Assembly: GCF_014202035.1 (NCBI RefSeq)
Contig: NZ_JACHFR010000003.1
Span: 311,223 to 375,222, forward strand
Direction: 5' to 3'
DNA from: Treponema rectale
Lineage (GTDB): Bacteria; Spirochaetota; Spirochaetia; Treponematales; Treponemataceae
Length of the DNA stretch: 64,000 bases
How positions within the stretch are numbered: position 1 is the stretch's first letter; each line of letters opens with the position of its first letter. The notes beneath the pieces were generated by a model. The model did not search any database and had not been told where the DNA came from. It saw only the letters and a program-made list of their open reading frames with translations. Of this stretch, positions 1-7,809 are shown one piece after another. The translations under genes were made by a program, and so were the position numbers.

Positions 1-255
1 ATGAAGGATATTAAGTAAAACTGTTACCGGAAAAAAGTAAACGGGATAAAGGTTGAATATCATATAAAATTAAGTAAAACTGTTACCACTTTATTCACCT
101 GCAGAATGAAAGATATTAAGTAAAACTGTTACCGGAAAAAAAAGTAAACGGAATAAGGGTTGAATATCATATAAAATTAAGTAAAACTGTTACCGCTTTA
201 ATCAGCTTAAGCAGGATGAAAGATATTAAGTAAAACTGTTACCGGAAAAAAAGTC
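1..255. repeat. Tandem repeat, ~108-bp unit x ~2.4 copies, reaching the window edge; each unit holds two copies of the imperfect palindrome GTAAAACTGTTAC
   Basis: Units start near 1, 107 and 216. TTAAGTAAAACTGTTACC recurs at 11, 71, 117, 177 and 226. The third unit is truncated where the 38-bp hairpin repeat begins. Confidence 0.7.
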
Positions 256-293
256 CTGGCCGACCTTCCGAAAACGGAAGGTGATACAACTAG
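256..293 (+). repeat. 38-bp hairpin-containing direct repeat, copy 1 (GTCCTGGCCGACCTTCCGAAAACGGAAGGTGATACAAC)
   Basis: A near-identical second copy lies at 583-620. It has a central stem-loop CTTCCG-AAAA-CGGAAG. It sits directly 3' of the small minus-strand ORF. Confidence 0.6.
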
Positions 294-319
294 TTTTATT
301 ATATTGATGAATAAACAGT

Positions 320-568
320 TTAGTCAAACTCTATTGACGGTTCTATTTCATCAAATAATTCGACTATTGATTTTCCTTCAACAAACTTATAAGTGAATAC
401 GTTATTAAATCCATAAACACTTCCCACTTTCTCCTCGTTTTTAAAAAAAATCCAATATTTTGCATCTTCTCCGCCAGATACAGTATAGTTGTTTCCCTTG
501 TAATTAAACTCTATAAGTAAACTTTTTTTTGCTTCTTCTTTTACTTCTTCTATTGTCATTTTTTCCAT
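320..568 (-). CDS. Small hypothetical protein, 82 aa (MEKMTIEEVKEE...); the first in-frame Met, at 745, would read through the hairpin repeat
   Basis: Open frame with ATG at 568, which is the first Met downstream of the hairpin-repeat copy at 583-620; no recognisable domain. Confidence 0.4.
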   Translation of the reverse strand: MEKMTIEEVKEEAKKSLLIEFNYKGNNYTVSGGEDAKYWIFFKNEEKVGSVYGFNNVFTYKFVEGKSIVELFDEIEPSIEFD

Positions 569-582
569 ATAGCCATTCCTTT

Positions 583-620
583 TTCCTGGTCGATCTTCCG
601 GAAACGGAATGTGATACACC
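583..620 (+). repeat. 38-bp hairpin-containing direct repeat, copy 2 (TTCCTGGTCGATCTTCCGGAAACGGAATGTGATACACC)
   Basis: About 31/38 identical to copy 1 in the same orientation. It lies 15 bp upstream of the start codon of ORF 320..568. Confidence 0.6.
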
Positions 621-757
621 CTAATGCCTATTCTACTAATATTCAATTCGCTTTTCAAATCTGAACATACCTTCCGGGAACTAGCCGTCCTGTTCGTCTT
701 CTTCAAAATGATTATCGCGCATTCCGAATTCTTCCAGTGCACCATAATAAAGGAGAG

Positions 758-850
758 AAAAAAGTGTTTTTATTCCGCGAAAATGAAAAATATTAAAAAA
801 TGCGGAATAAAAATCAAATATTATTCCGCAAAATATATAATTTCTTGAAA
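758..850. promoter_or_regulatory. Four alternating half-sites TTATTCCGC(A/G) / TGCGGAATAA, forming two inverted-repeat pairs; operator-like
   Basis: Half-sites at 760-769, 790-799, 811-820 and 840-849 with 20-21-bp spacers. The stretch is AT-rich and intergenic. Confidence 0.35.
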
Positions 851-880
851 TTGCGGAATGGCTGATGGGATAGCGTTAGG

Positions 881-979
881 GATTGGAGCACCTGCGAAGC
901 AGTACCGCTTGCGGTATGGAGCGCGGTTAGCGCGGAAGTGCGGAAAGCCCGGCGACAGCGAAGCTGACGCAACGCCCAG
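881..979. repeat. GC-rich miniature repeat, family member in reverse orientation
   Basis: It contains GCGTTAGGG and GGAGCACCTGCGAAGCAG. These are the reverse complement of the CTGCTTCGCA..GCTCCAT..CCCTAACGC motif seen at 17426-17455 and 24888-24920. GC content is far above the flanking DNA. Confidence 0.5.
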
Positions 980-1009
980 AAAAAGAAGGAAATAAATGAA
1001 AACAGTTTT

Positions 1010-1103
1010 ATATATTCACGGAAAGGGCGGAAACGCTTCTGAGGGTACCCATTATGAATAAATGAGTTTTCGCCGGGAGCAAAGCCGGTAATTGCTTCAA
1101 CCG
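1010..1103 (-). pseudogene. Degraded fragment of a ybaK-like (Cys-tRNA(Pro) deacylase) gene
   Basis: 1043-1103 matches intact ybaK at 15237-15250 joined to 15336-15380 (about 48/50 identities), with a ~90-bp internal deletion between TCCGCC direct repeats. Confidence 0.5.
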
Positions 1104-1105
1104 GG

Positions 1106-1705
1106 TCAATGAAAAGTATTTTTCGTGATTCTTAAAATCAGCCGGTAAACTGCATAGCAGATTACGGCACTGATGATTTTATCAACAAGATTTGTTAGAG
1201 TTCCGCCGATGTATGCTGCGACATTCAGATTGCGGATAACCACATAAATTCCCTGAACTGCGTTATCAACCTGAGGAATTGAGGTGTTTGCTTTATAAAA
1301 AAGTGCGCTTATTGTGTCTCCCAGAATTGAGTTTGAAAGAGATGCAAAGAAGCCCGCCCACATAAAGCTGGAAGAGGAAAGCAGTCTTACATTAGGAGGA
1401 TTGTTTCTTTCTGCACGGAAAACAAAATATGCAATTACGGCTGTAGAAATGTGGCACGTCATAAAAAGGATTCCTGTGTTTGCAAAAATGTATAAAAGCA
1501 GGTTTGAAAAGAAGGCGCAGATAAGCCCAGGCACAAGCCCGCACAAGGCAGTTACTGCAATGGTCATCACGGAATCAAGATAGAGGGGAAATGCAATCAG
1601 GCCTGCAAGAACTGAACCCAAATAATTTATTCCGATTGAAGAGACAGTAAAGAGGACGATGAAAATTATTTGGGAAACAGAAGAACAGGATTTTTTATTT
1701 GTCAT
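1106..1705 (-). CDS. Polytopic membrane protein (~6 TM, 199 aa), paralog A of a TCS-associated family
   Basis: Hydrophobic helices throughout. Paralogous to 13759..14349 and 21123..21743 (shared PLYLDSVMTIAV / DKIISAVICYAVY-type motifs). Overlaps the response-regulator gene by 11 nt. Confidence 0.6.
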   Translation of the reverse strand: MTNKKSCSSVSQIIFIVLFTVSSIGINYLGSVLAGLIAFPLYLDSVMTIAVTALCGLVPGLICAFFSNLLLYIFANTGILFMTCHISTAVIAYFVFRAERNNPPNVRLLSSSSFMWAGFFASLSNSILGDTISALFYKANTSIPQVDNAVQGIYVVIRNLNVAAYIGGTLTNLVDKIISAVICYAVYRLILRITKNTFH

Positions 1706-2408
1706 AGATTAGTCCCAGAAGCTTTGCTTTTTCCAGTAAATCGTGCCGGTCTTTTATATCCAGCTTTGAGTAAACCGCCGTCCGCTGATTGATTACAGTT
1801 TTCTCTGACTTACCGAGTTTTCTTGCAATGTCGATGATTTCCATATTTTGAGACAGCAGGATGAAAATTTCCCGCTCCTTGGCAGAGAGTTCTTTGTAAT
1901 TGTCAAAAAGATAGCTCAAATCATTGGTAATGTCGTGGGCACGGCCTTTGTTTGTCAGGAGCGACTGCATTATTTCTGTTGCCGCCTTGTTGTAATAGGA
2001 ATTGCCTTTTGAAATCGTGGTGATTGCGAGCGCAACTTCATCAATTGTGGCATCTTTTGTAACGTAGCCTTGAACACCGTTAAGCAGGACATTTTGAACA
2101 TGAAGCACGTCATTAAACATCGTATAAATCATGATGGAAATAGAGGAGTTAATTTTTTTGATTTCAGGAATTATTTCCAGTCCGCTTTTTCCGTCAAGAT
2201 TCAAATCAAGAATTGCAATCAGAAAGTCAGGATTATTCTTTAATGCTTCAAGGGCAGTTTCGTAATCGCTTGCACAGACAAAATCAAAATCCGGATTTTT
2301 GCTTTTCAGCATCTCTTTCATTCCGTCCCGCAGTCCTACATGATCATCTACAAACAGAATCTTTAATTGTGATTGCAATTGTTGTTCCTCCTTCATGAAT
2401 AAAATCAA
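1695..2408 (-). CDS. Response regulator, NarL/LuxR family (REC + LuxR-type HTH)
   Basis: KILFVDDH and LDLNLDG receiver motifs; C-terminal LSAKEREIFILLSQNMEIIDIARKLGKSEKTVINQRTAVYSKL HTH. Confidence 0.8.
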   Translation of the reverse strand: MILFMKEEQQLQSQLKILFVDDHVGLRDGMKEMLKSKNPDFDFVCASDYETALEALKNNPDFLIAILDLNLDGKSGLEIIPEIKKINSSISIMIYTMFNDVLHVQNVLLNGVQGYVTKDATIDEVALAITTISKGNSYYNKAATEIMQSLLTNKGRAHDITNDLSYLFDNYKELSAKEREIFILLSQNMEIIDIARKLGKSEKTVINQRTAVYSKLDIKDRHDLLEKAKLLGLIYDK

Positions 2409-3420
2409 CCGTACCGCTCAAAAGTTCAACGCGTTCCTTAATGTTTGAAACTCCGTAATGCTGGCGTCCGCCCCTGGAATTTTTCTCTGTTACTTCTTCT
2501 TCGCTAAAGCCTTTTCCGTCATCTTTTATGATGAATTTAAAATCGTCGATGCCGTCTACAAAACGGATTTCCACATTGCTGGCATTTGCGTGGCGCGAAA
2601 TATTGGAAAGGGCCTCCTGCAAAATTCGTATCAGCTCAACCTGAATATTTTCGTTGAGATTCTGAATCTTTGTGGAGCCGACATAAACCTTTGTAGAAAT
2701 ATTATAGTTGGTTTCAAGAGTCGCCGCCATCTTTCTTACGATTTCTTCAAAACTCTGATTCAAATCCAGGTGCGTTGCTCCAATCATATAACGCACTTCG
2801 TTAAAAGCCTGCTGGGCGTAAAACTTTGATTTTGAAAGGTCTTCTTTTTCAAGATAGAGCTTTAAGGCGGCAAGATCCTGGGCAACTCCGTCGTGAAGGT
2901 TGCGGCTGATTTTAGACTGTTCCTCGTTCATCACCTTGAGCCGCTGAAAATCAATTTTGTTTTTAAAATATTTTTCTGCAATCAAATAGACTGCAATGAC
3001 AATCAGAATCAGAGAGCAGTATAGAAGGGAATCATAGCCAAAGTTAAGGCGGCTTTCTGTCTGGTGCATGTGATTCTGGAAAGTGACGATTGGTTCAATC
3101 ATGCTTTTGTTTTCGCCCAGAAGGGTAAGAATTTGAGAAAGTTCGGCCTTAAGTTCGTAATCAAAATAGGTGAAAGGCTTGTAATCATATTCCAGTTTTT
3201 GAATCAGATTCTGATGATTAAAAATGCCGCTGTTTTCTTCCAGCTGAATCTTAAGCATCTGGGAATTCAGATTGGCAATCTTTTTATTTGTGTAGGTTTT
3301 GCAGCCGATGGAAAATCCAAAGTTCAGAACTGCAATATAAATGAAAATAAACTCAATTTTAAAGAGGGCCTTTATTTTAAATCCAGAGCCTGCCGCTTGC
3401 TTTTTATCCATGTCTGTCAT
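2344..3420 (-). CDS. Sensor histidine kinase, HisKA_3 (NarX/LiaS-like); two TM helices flank a ~90-aa external loop
   Basis: LHDGVAQDL H-box; HATPase_c C-terminus. Start chosen at MTDMDKK; the ORF is open to 3555. The 3' end overlaps the response-regulator start. Confidence 0.7.
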   Translation of the reverse strand: MTDMDKKQAAGSGFKIKALFKIEFIFIYIAVLNFGFSIGCKTYTNKKIANLNSQMLKIQLEENSGIFNHQNLIQKLEYDYKPFTYFDYELKAELSQILTLLGENKSMIEPIVTFQNHMHQTESRLNFGYDSLLYCSLILIVIAVYLIAEKYFKNKIDFQRLKVMNEEQSKISRNLHDGVAQDLAALKLYLEKEDLSKSKFYAQQAFNEVRYMIGATHLDLNQSFEEIVRKMAATLETNYNISTKVYVGSTKIQNLNENIQVELIRILQEALSNISRHANASNVEIRFVDGIDDFKFIIKDDGKGFSEEEVTEKNSRGGRQHYGVSNIKERVELLSGTVDFIHEGGTTIAITIKDSVCR

Positions 3421-3573
3421 TATACAACAAATCGCAATTTTATCTTTGGGAAATTTTCCTAAAAATTTGCCATTTTTATTAGGAAGTTTTCTCAAAGGAA
3501 TTTTGAGGCCATGCGGTAGAATGAAGGCGTTCCGAAGGGAACGAAAAAAAATCAAAACATTGGAAGGTGAATT

Positions 3574-4005
3574 ATGGGTTTCTTAAACAAAGTGAAAACA
3601 TCTCAGACAGGAGATATTTATTGTGACTGGTGCGGCGCTTATATCAAAAATGATATGAACGGCGGTTTTATTGAACAGATGGGTTTTGGAATTGTAAAAC
3701 GCGCAGTCAGCCTTTCGACCAAACATTACTGCTCGGCAAAATGTAAGGCACTTGCAGAAGAAGCTGCAGCTGAAAAAAAAGAAGATTATGAAAACAGAAA
3801 AGCAAACGGGCAGCTCACTGCAACAGAACAGATTAAAGAAGACATTGCCGCTCCAATAAAAGATGCATTTTCAGAAATGGGCGGTATGGTGAAAGATACA
3901 ATGGCCGAACCGATGAATGAAATGAAAAATCAGCTTGCAGATCAGATGAAACATTCGTTTGCCGGAATTTCTAAAGGCTTTGGCATGTTTGGAAAGAAGA
4001 AGTAA
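3574..4005 (+). CDS. Hypothetical Cys-containing protein (CDWCGAY...CSAKC), Zn-ribbon-like
   Basis: GGAAGGTG RBS; first gene of a tightly spaced five-gene + strand operon. Confidence 0.55.
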   Translation: MGFLNKVKTSQTGDIYCDWCGAYIKNDMNGGFIEQMGFGIVKRAVSLSTKHYCSAKCKALAEEAAAEKKEDYENRKANGQLTATEQIKEDIAAPIKDAFSEMGGMVKDTMAEPMNEMKNQLADQMKHSFAGISKGFGMFGKKK

Positions 4006-4030
4006 TTTTTTTGAAAATTGAGGTGACAAT

Positions 4031-5017
4031 ATGAAGTTTTGTACAAACTGCGGTAAGCAGTTAAATGATGATGCAAAGTTTTGTGATACATGCGGAGCTC
4101 CGGTTTCTGGAACACAGACTCCTCCTCCAATTCCTGGAGCAAATGAGAATGTTGCAGATGACACAAAAAGAAAGGAAGTATTTGTAGGAGTTAAAAGAAA
4201 ATGTCCTGTCTGTGGAGAGGAAGTACCTGCCTTTGCACTGACATGCCCCAAAGGTCATGAATTATCAGGAATAAACGTAAGCAAAACCTCAAAAGATTTT
4301 CAGGAAGGACTTATAAAGTACGAGGGAAAAGAAGAGCGTGATTTTGTTGCTTCATTTCCAATTCCAAATGAAAGAGAAGAACTTGGAAACTTTATGCTTA
4401 TGGTTGCATCAATCTTAAAGCAGGACATGCAGAATGGTGCAGACCAAATGCGTGTAAGTTCTTTTTCAAGTAAGTTTGATGAAATTAAAAGTAAAGTTTA
4501 TATGATGTTTAAAAAAGATGATCCGATTTTTGAAGAAACTAAAAAGTGGGAAGCATCTATAAATGAATTGTATGACAATTATAAAAAGATCATTGAAGAA
4601 CGAGCCATTATAAACAGGAAGAAGCAGAAAGAACAGGAAAGAAAGAATAGAAAATGGGAAAGAAAACGAAACAGCTTTTGGTACAACGCAAGTAACCAAA
4701 CAAAAGCTGCCATTATAAGTGTATTTTTTTTATTTTTTATTTTTCCTGGTCTTTTATGTAGCATGTTTATCCCCAAATATATAAAAACAAAAAATGAAAC
4801 CAGACGGCTTGAAAATCTTTATACAGAAGTCACAACTCTAATTGAGAATAAGAATTATGAAGCAGCAGAACTTGCTTTACAAAATATGGTATGGAGCTAT
4901 GATCTTTCAGGTTGGGATAAAGATGAATATAGGAACGCAAGAGGTTTATGGGCTGGGAAGAAAAAGGAATTACAAAATTTAATTGATGAACGGCAAAGCA
5001 AAAAGAAATCAAAATAA
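4031..5017 (+). CDS. Zinc-ribbon membrane protein, YdjG-like (N-terminal double Zn ribbon, one TM, helical C-terminal domain)
   Basis: MKFCTNCGKQL..CDTCGAPV and CPVCGEEV..CPKGHE motifs; TM segment AAIISVFFLFFIFPGLLCSMFIP. Confidence 0.65.
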   Translation: MKFCTNCGKQLNDDAKFCDTCGAPVSGTQTPPPIPGANENVADDTKRKEVFVGVKRKCPVCGEEVPAFALTCPKGHELSGINVSKTSKDFQEGLIKYEGKEERDFVASFPIPNEREELGNFMLMVASILKQDMQNGADQMRVSSFSSKFDEIKSKVYMMFKKDDPIFEETKKWEASINELYDNYKKIIEERAIINRKKQKEQERKNRKWERKRNSFWYNASNQTKAAIISVFFLFFIFPGLLCSMFIPKYIKTKNETRRLENLYTEVTTLIENKNYEAAELALQNMVWSYDLSGWDKDEYRNARGLWAGKKKELQNLIDERQSKKKSK

Positions 5018-5053
5018 CAGTTTTGTATGATGTTCTAAAGAGGAGACAAACTA

Positions 5054-6415
5054 ATGGGCTTATTCAATAAAAAAAACGAAGGCGGATTGATGGATGTAAT
5101 CCGCTGTGATGAAAAAGAATACTTAATCTGGAAATGGCGTCCGGCTGGAGAAGATGTAAACACAACTAAAAAAGAAAATGCAATCCGCTATGGTTCAAGC
5201 CTTCGGGTAAAGGACGGCGAAGTTGCAGTTTTTGTTTATCCGGGTGAAAATGGAAATCAGGATTTTATAGAAGGACCGTTTGATCAGACAATAAAAACAG
5301 GAAACTTTCCGATTCTTTCAAGAATTGTAGGTGCGGCTTTTGGCGGTTCAAGTCCTTTTCAGGCAGAAATTTACTTTATAAATCTTGCAGGCCTGATTCA
5401 AACAGGATTTGCCGTTCCTTATTTTGACATTGCTGACCCAAGATTCTTAGATTTTACAGTTCCTGTGGCTGTTCGCGGCGACATACGTTTTAAAATCACA
5501 GATTACAAGGAGTTTATTAAACTTCATCGTCTGATACATTTTGACTTGGATGATTTTAAATCTCAGATACAATCAGCTGTAACAAAATATGTAAAAAGTG
5601 TAGTAGCAAATATTCCTTCAGAGAAAGGAATCCCGGTAATTCAGCTTGAGCGTAAACTTACAGAAATTAACGATGTAGTTGAAGAATCTCTGAAAAAACG
5701 TTTACAGAATGAGTTTGGTGTAACTGTAAGTTCAGTAGATATAGAAGATATCGATATTGATAAAACTTCTGATGGTTACAATCAGCTTAAAGCCGTTACC
5801 CAGGATGTAACGACACAGACAATACAGCGGCAGACAAATGCAAACCTTACAAACATGGAAGAAACCTTACGCATTCAGCGTGAGGGTATGGCTCAGGCTC
5901 AAAGACTTCAGAATGAAAGCGCAAATCTTTCTGCGTTCCAGCTTGAAAAGCAGGCAGAAGTCGGCGTTGAAGGGGCAAAGGCATTCGGACAAATGGGCGC
6001 AAATGGTGCCGGAAATCTTAATCTTGGCGGTGGGCTTGGAATGAATCCTGCGGGCATGATGGCTGGAATGGCAATGGGAAGCGCAATCGGACAGAACATG
6101 GCTGGTATGGTTGGCGGAATGATGAATGGAATGAATCAGCAGGTGCCGCCACAGGCTAATAATGTACCGCCGGTTCCTGGAAATGAAAGTTATCATGTAG
6201 CAGTTAATGGAACTGCAACTGGTCCTTATACTGTTTCGGTTTTATCAACAATGGCAGCAAACGGTCAGCTGACTTCTGAAAGTCTTGTCTGGAAGCAGGG
6301 TATGTCTAACTGGAAAAAGGCTGGCTCTGTTTCCTCGCTTGCAGGTTTATTTACATCAAGCGTTCCGCCAGTTCCCCCGGTTCCGCCAGTTCCACCAGTT
6401 CCACCACAGATGTAA
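5054..6415 (+). CDS. SPFH/band-7 family protein of the COG4260 'virion core-like' YdjI type, with DUF4339-like C-terminal domain and proline-rich tail
   Basis: N-terminal similarity to B. subtilis YdjI. Gly/Met-rich linker. SYHVAVNGTATGPYTVS...WKQGMSNWKK motif. PPVPPVPPVPPVPP tail. Confidence 0.8.
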   Translation: MGLFNKKNEGGLMDVIRCDEKEYLIWKWRPAGEDVNTTKKENAIRYGSSLRVKDGEVAVFVYPGENGNQDFIEGPFDQTIKTGNFPILSRIVGAAFGGSSPFQAEIYFINLAGLIQTGFAVPYFDIADPRFLDFTVPVAVRGDIRFKITDYKEFIKLHRLIHFDLDDFKSQIQSAVTKYVKSVVANIPSEKGIPVIQLERKLTEINDVVEESLKKRLQNEFGVTVSSVDIEDIDIDKTSDGYNQLKAVTQDVTTQTIQRQTNANLTNMEETLRIQREGMAQAQRLQNESANLSAFQLEKQAEVGVEGAKAFGQMGANGAGNLNLGGGLGMNPAGMMAGMAMGSAIGQNMAGMVGGMMNGMNQQVPPQANNVPPVPGNESYHVAVNGTATGPYTVSVLSTMAANGQLTSESLVWKQGMSNWKKAGSVSSLAGLFTSSVPPVPPVPPVPPVPPQM

Positions 6416-6436
6416 TCTAATTTTAGGAGAAAGAAA

Positions 6437-6784
6437 ATGAAATGTAATATTTTTTTGACTGTAGCTTCTGTACTTATTGCTGCATTAATCGGATATGGTT
6501 TTTATGCAGCAAATTCAACTGAGCATTTGGTCTGGGTTTTATGCAGTGGGGCTGGAATCACTTCTGCACTTACTCTGACAGGAATATTTGGAATTTCAAC
6601 CAAAGGAAGAACTGGAGGAATAAACATAAAGGCTTTGTCGTCAATCTTTTTTGTTCTTTTTTTAATCTGCAATCTCGTGTTTGCTTTTACGGCTGTAAAA
6701 CTTGCACCTTATGTGATTATTAATGGAATCCTTCTGATTATTTATACTATAGGAATTTATGGCATAGTAAAAAGTAAACAGTAA
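6437..6784 (+). CDS. Small membrane protein (3-4 TM, 115 aa)
   Basis: Hydrophobic ORF; GGAG RBS; sits within the same operon. Confidence 0.5.
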   Translation: MKCNIFLTVASVLIAALIGYGFYAANSTEHLVWVLCSGAGITSALTLTGIFGISTKGRTGGINIKALSSIFFVLFLICNLVFAFTAVKLAPYVIINGILLIIYTIGIYGIVKSKQ

Positions 6785-6856
6785 AAAATTTGCATTTTTT
6801 TTAAGATTTTTACTTAAAAAAACACCTTTTGTGTATTTTTTATATAGAGGTAAAGT

Positions 6857-7654
6857 ATGAAAGATACAGACAATAATCTGGCGGCTGCTGAGTTAGCTGC
6901 TAATAAATTAATAAATATTATGCTGAATATGATTCATCCTGTGGAAGACAGGCAGAAGAAAACCGGACAGTTTAAAGCGTTTCTTGCTGAAATCCTCAAA
7001 AGAACATTAAACTCTCCTGCGATAAAAAGCATCGGTAAGTTTTCTTTTGAAATTCTCGATGGAGTAAATATTACAGAAGAATTTGGAGGACTTGTTGACC
7101 ATGAAGGCCACTCTGGAAGAATCAGCAGCGAGGATAAAGTTTATTGTTCTCTACTGAATGGTGAAAAGCTTTTTTTGTTTACAAACAAGTGGTTTGATGA
7201 TTTGTTATTAATTAACCATGATGAACAGTATGATTTGGCTTATCTTCATGACCTTAAATACTTTGCTTTAGTTTTTGGGAATAGTTTTGAGAAGGCTTTT
7301 ATTAGAGAAAGCTGCAGTCAGAATCAGGATTATAGGAAAATGATTCTTTCAAATAAAAAAACTGTTTTTTTTACAGGTCAGAACCATGAATATCTAAAAT
7401 CCGACGACATGAATCAACTAGGATATTATGCAAGATTTAATATCCGTTCAAAAATAAGCCATTCGGACAATCCCTTTCAAATATGGATTTCAGGAAAGCT
7501 TATGGAACAAATCAATCTTGAGCCTTTGCAGACATTGAGACTGAATAATATGCCGGAAGAAATATTTGACATGACTCCAGAAGAATTTGAGCAGATGCAA
7601 AAAAAGATACCTGACCGGATAAAGGAAATAGAAAAAAAGCACTGGAAAGATTAA
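6857..7654 (+). CDS. Hypothetical protein (265 aa)
   Basis: ORF with RBS; no recognisable motif. Confidence 0.5.
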   Translation: MKDTDNNLAAAELAANKLINIMLNMIHPVEDRQKKTGQFKAFLAEILKRTLNSPAIKSIGKFSFEILDGVNITEEFGGLVDHEGHSGRISSEDKVYCSLLNGEKLFLFTNKWFDDLLLINHDEQYDLAYLHDLKYFALVFGNSFEKAFIRESCSQNQDYRKMILSNKKTVFFTGQNHEYLKSDDMNQLGYYARFNIRSKISHSDNPFQIWISGKLMEQINLEPLQTLRLNNMPEEIFDMTPEEFEQMQKKIPDRIKEIEKKHWKD

Positions 7655-7713
7655 GAAATGCTCGTCGGGGAAATTTACGCGATTATATCGAATCTTAAGA
7701 TTAGTAAAAGTAT

Positions 7714-7786
7714 GCAGGGCTTAGAGAAGCGCGGACTGTGGAGAATTTCAGCCTGTGTAAATTGGTATAAGCCCTGCTTTTTTGTA
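7714..7786 (+). terminator. Rho-independent terminator
   Basis: GCAGGGCTTA...TATAAGCCCTGC stem followed by TTTTTTG. Confidence 0.6.
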
Positions 7787-7809
7787 TTGGAAATATAAGA
7801 GGTGACATC

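Noticed and set aside
1-255. Possible CRISPR array from the repeated TTAAGTAAAACTGTTACC
   Set aside because: The repeat is only ~19-28 nt. Spacers alternate irregularly (33, 18 and 46-60 nt) and are themselves repeated, as expected of a nested tandem repeat. No cas genes are present.
256-620. Integron attC sites or IS200/IS605 ends flanking the 82-aa ORF
   Set aside because: The 38-bp elements have only one short central hairpin and no paired R''/L''-L'/R' core sites. The ORF has no HuH transposase motifs. Only two copies are visible.
320-745. 141-aa version of the small ORF (ATG at 745)
   Set aside because: The N-terminal 59 codons read through the 38-bp hairpin repeat and have no RBS. The internal Met at 568 directly follows the repeat.
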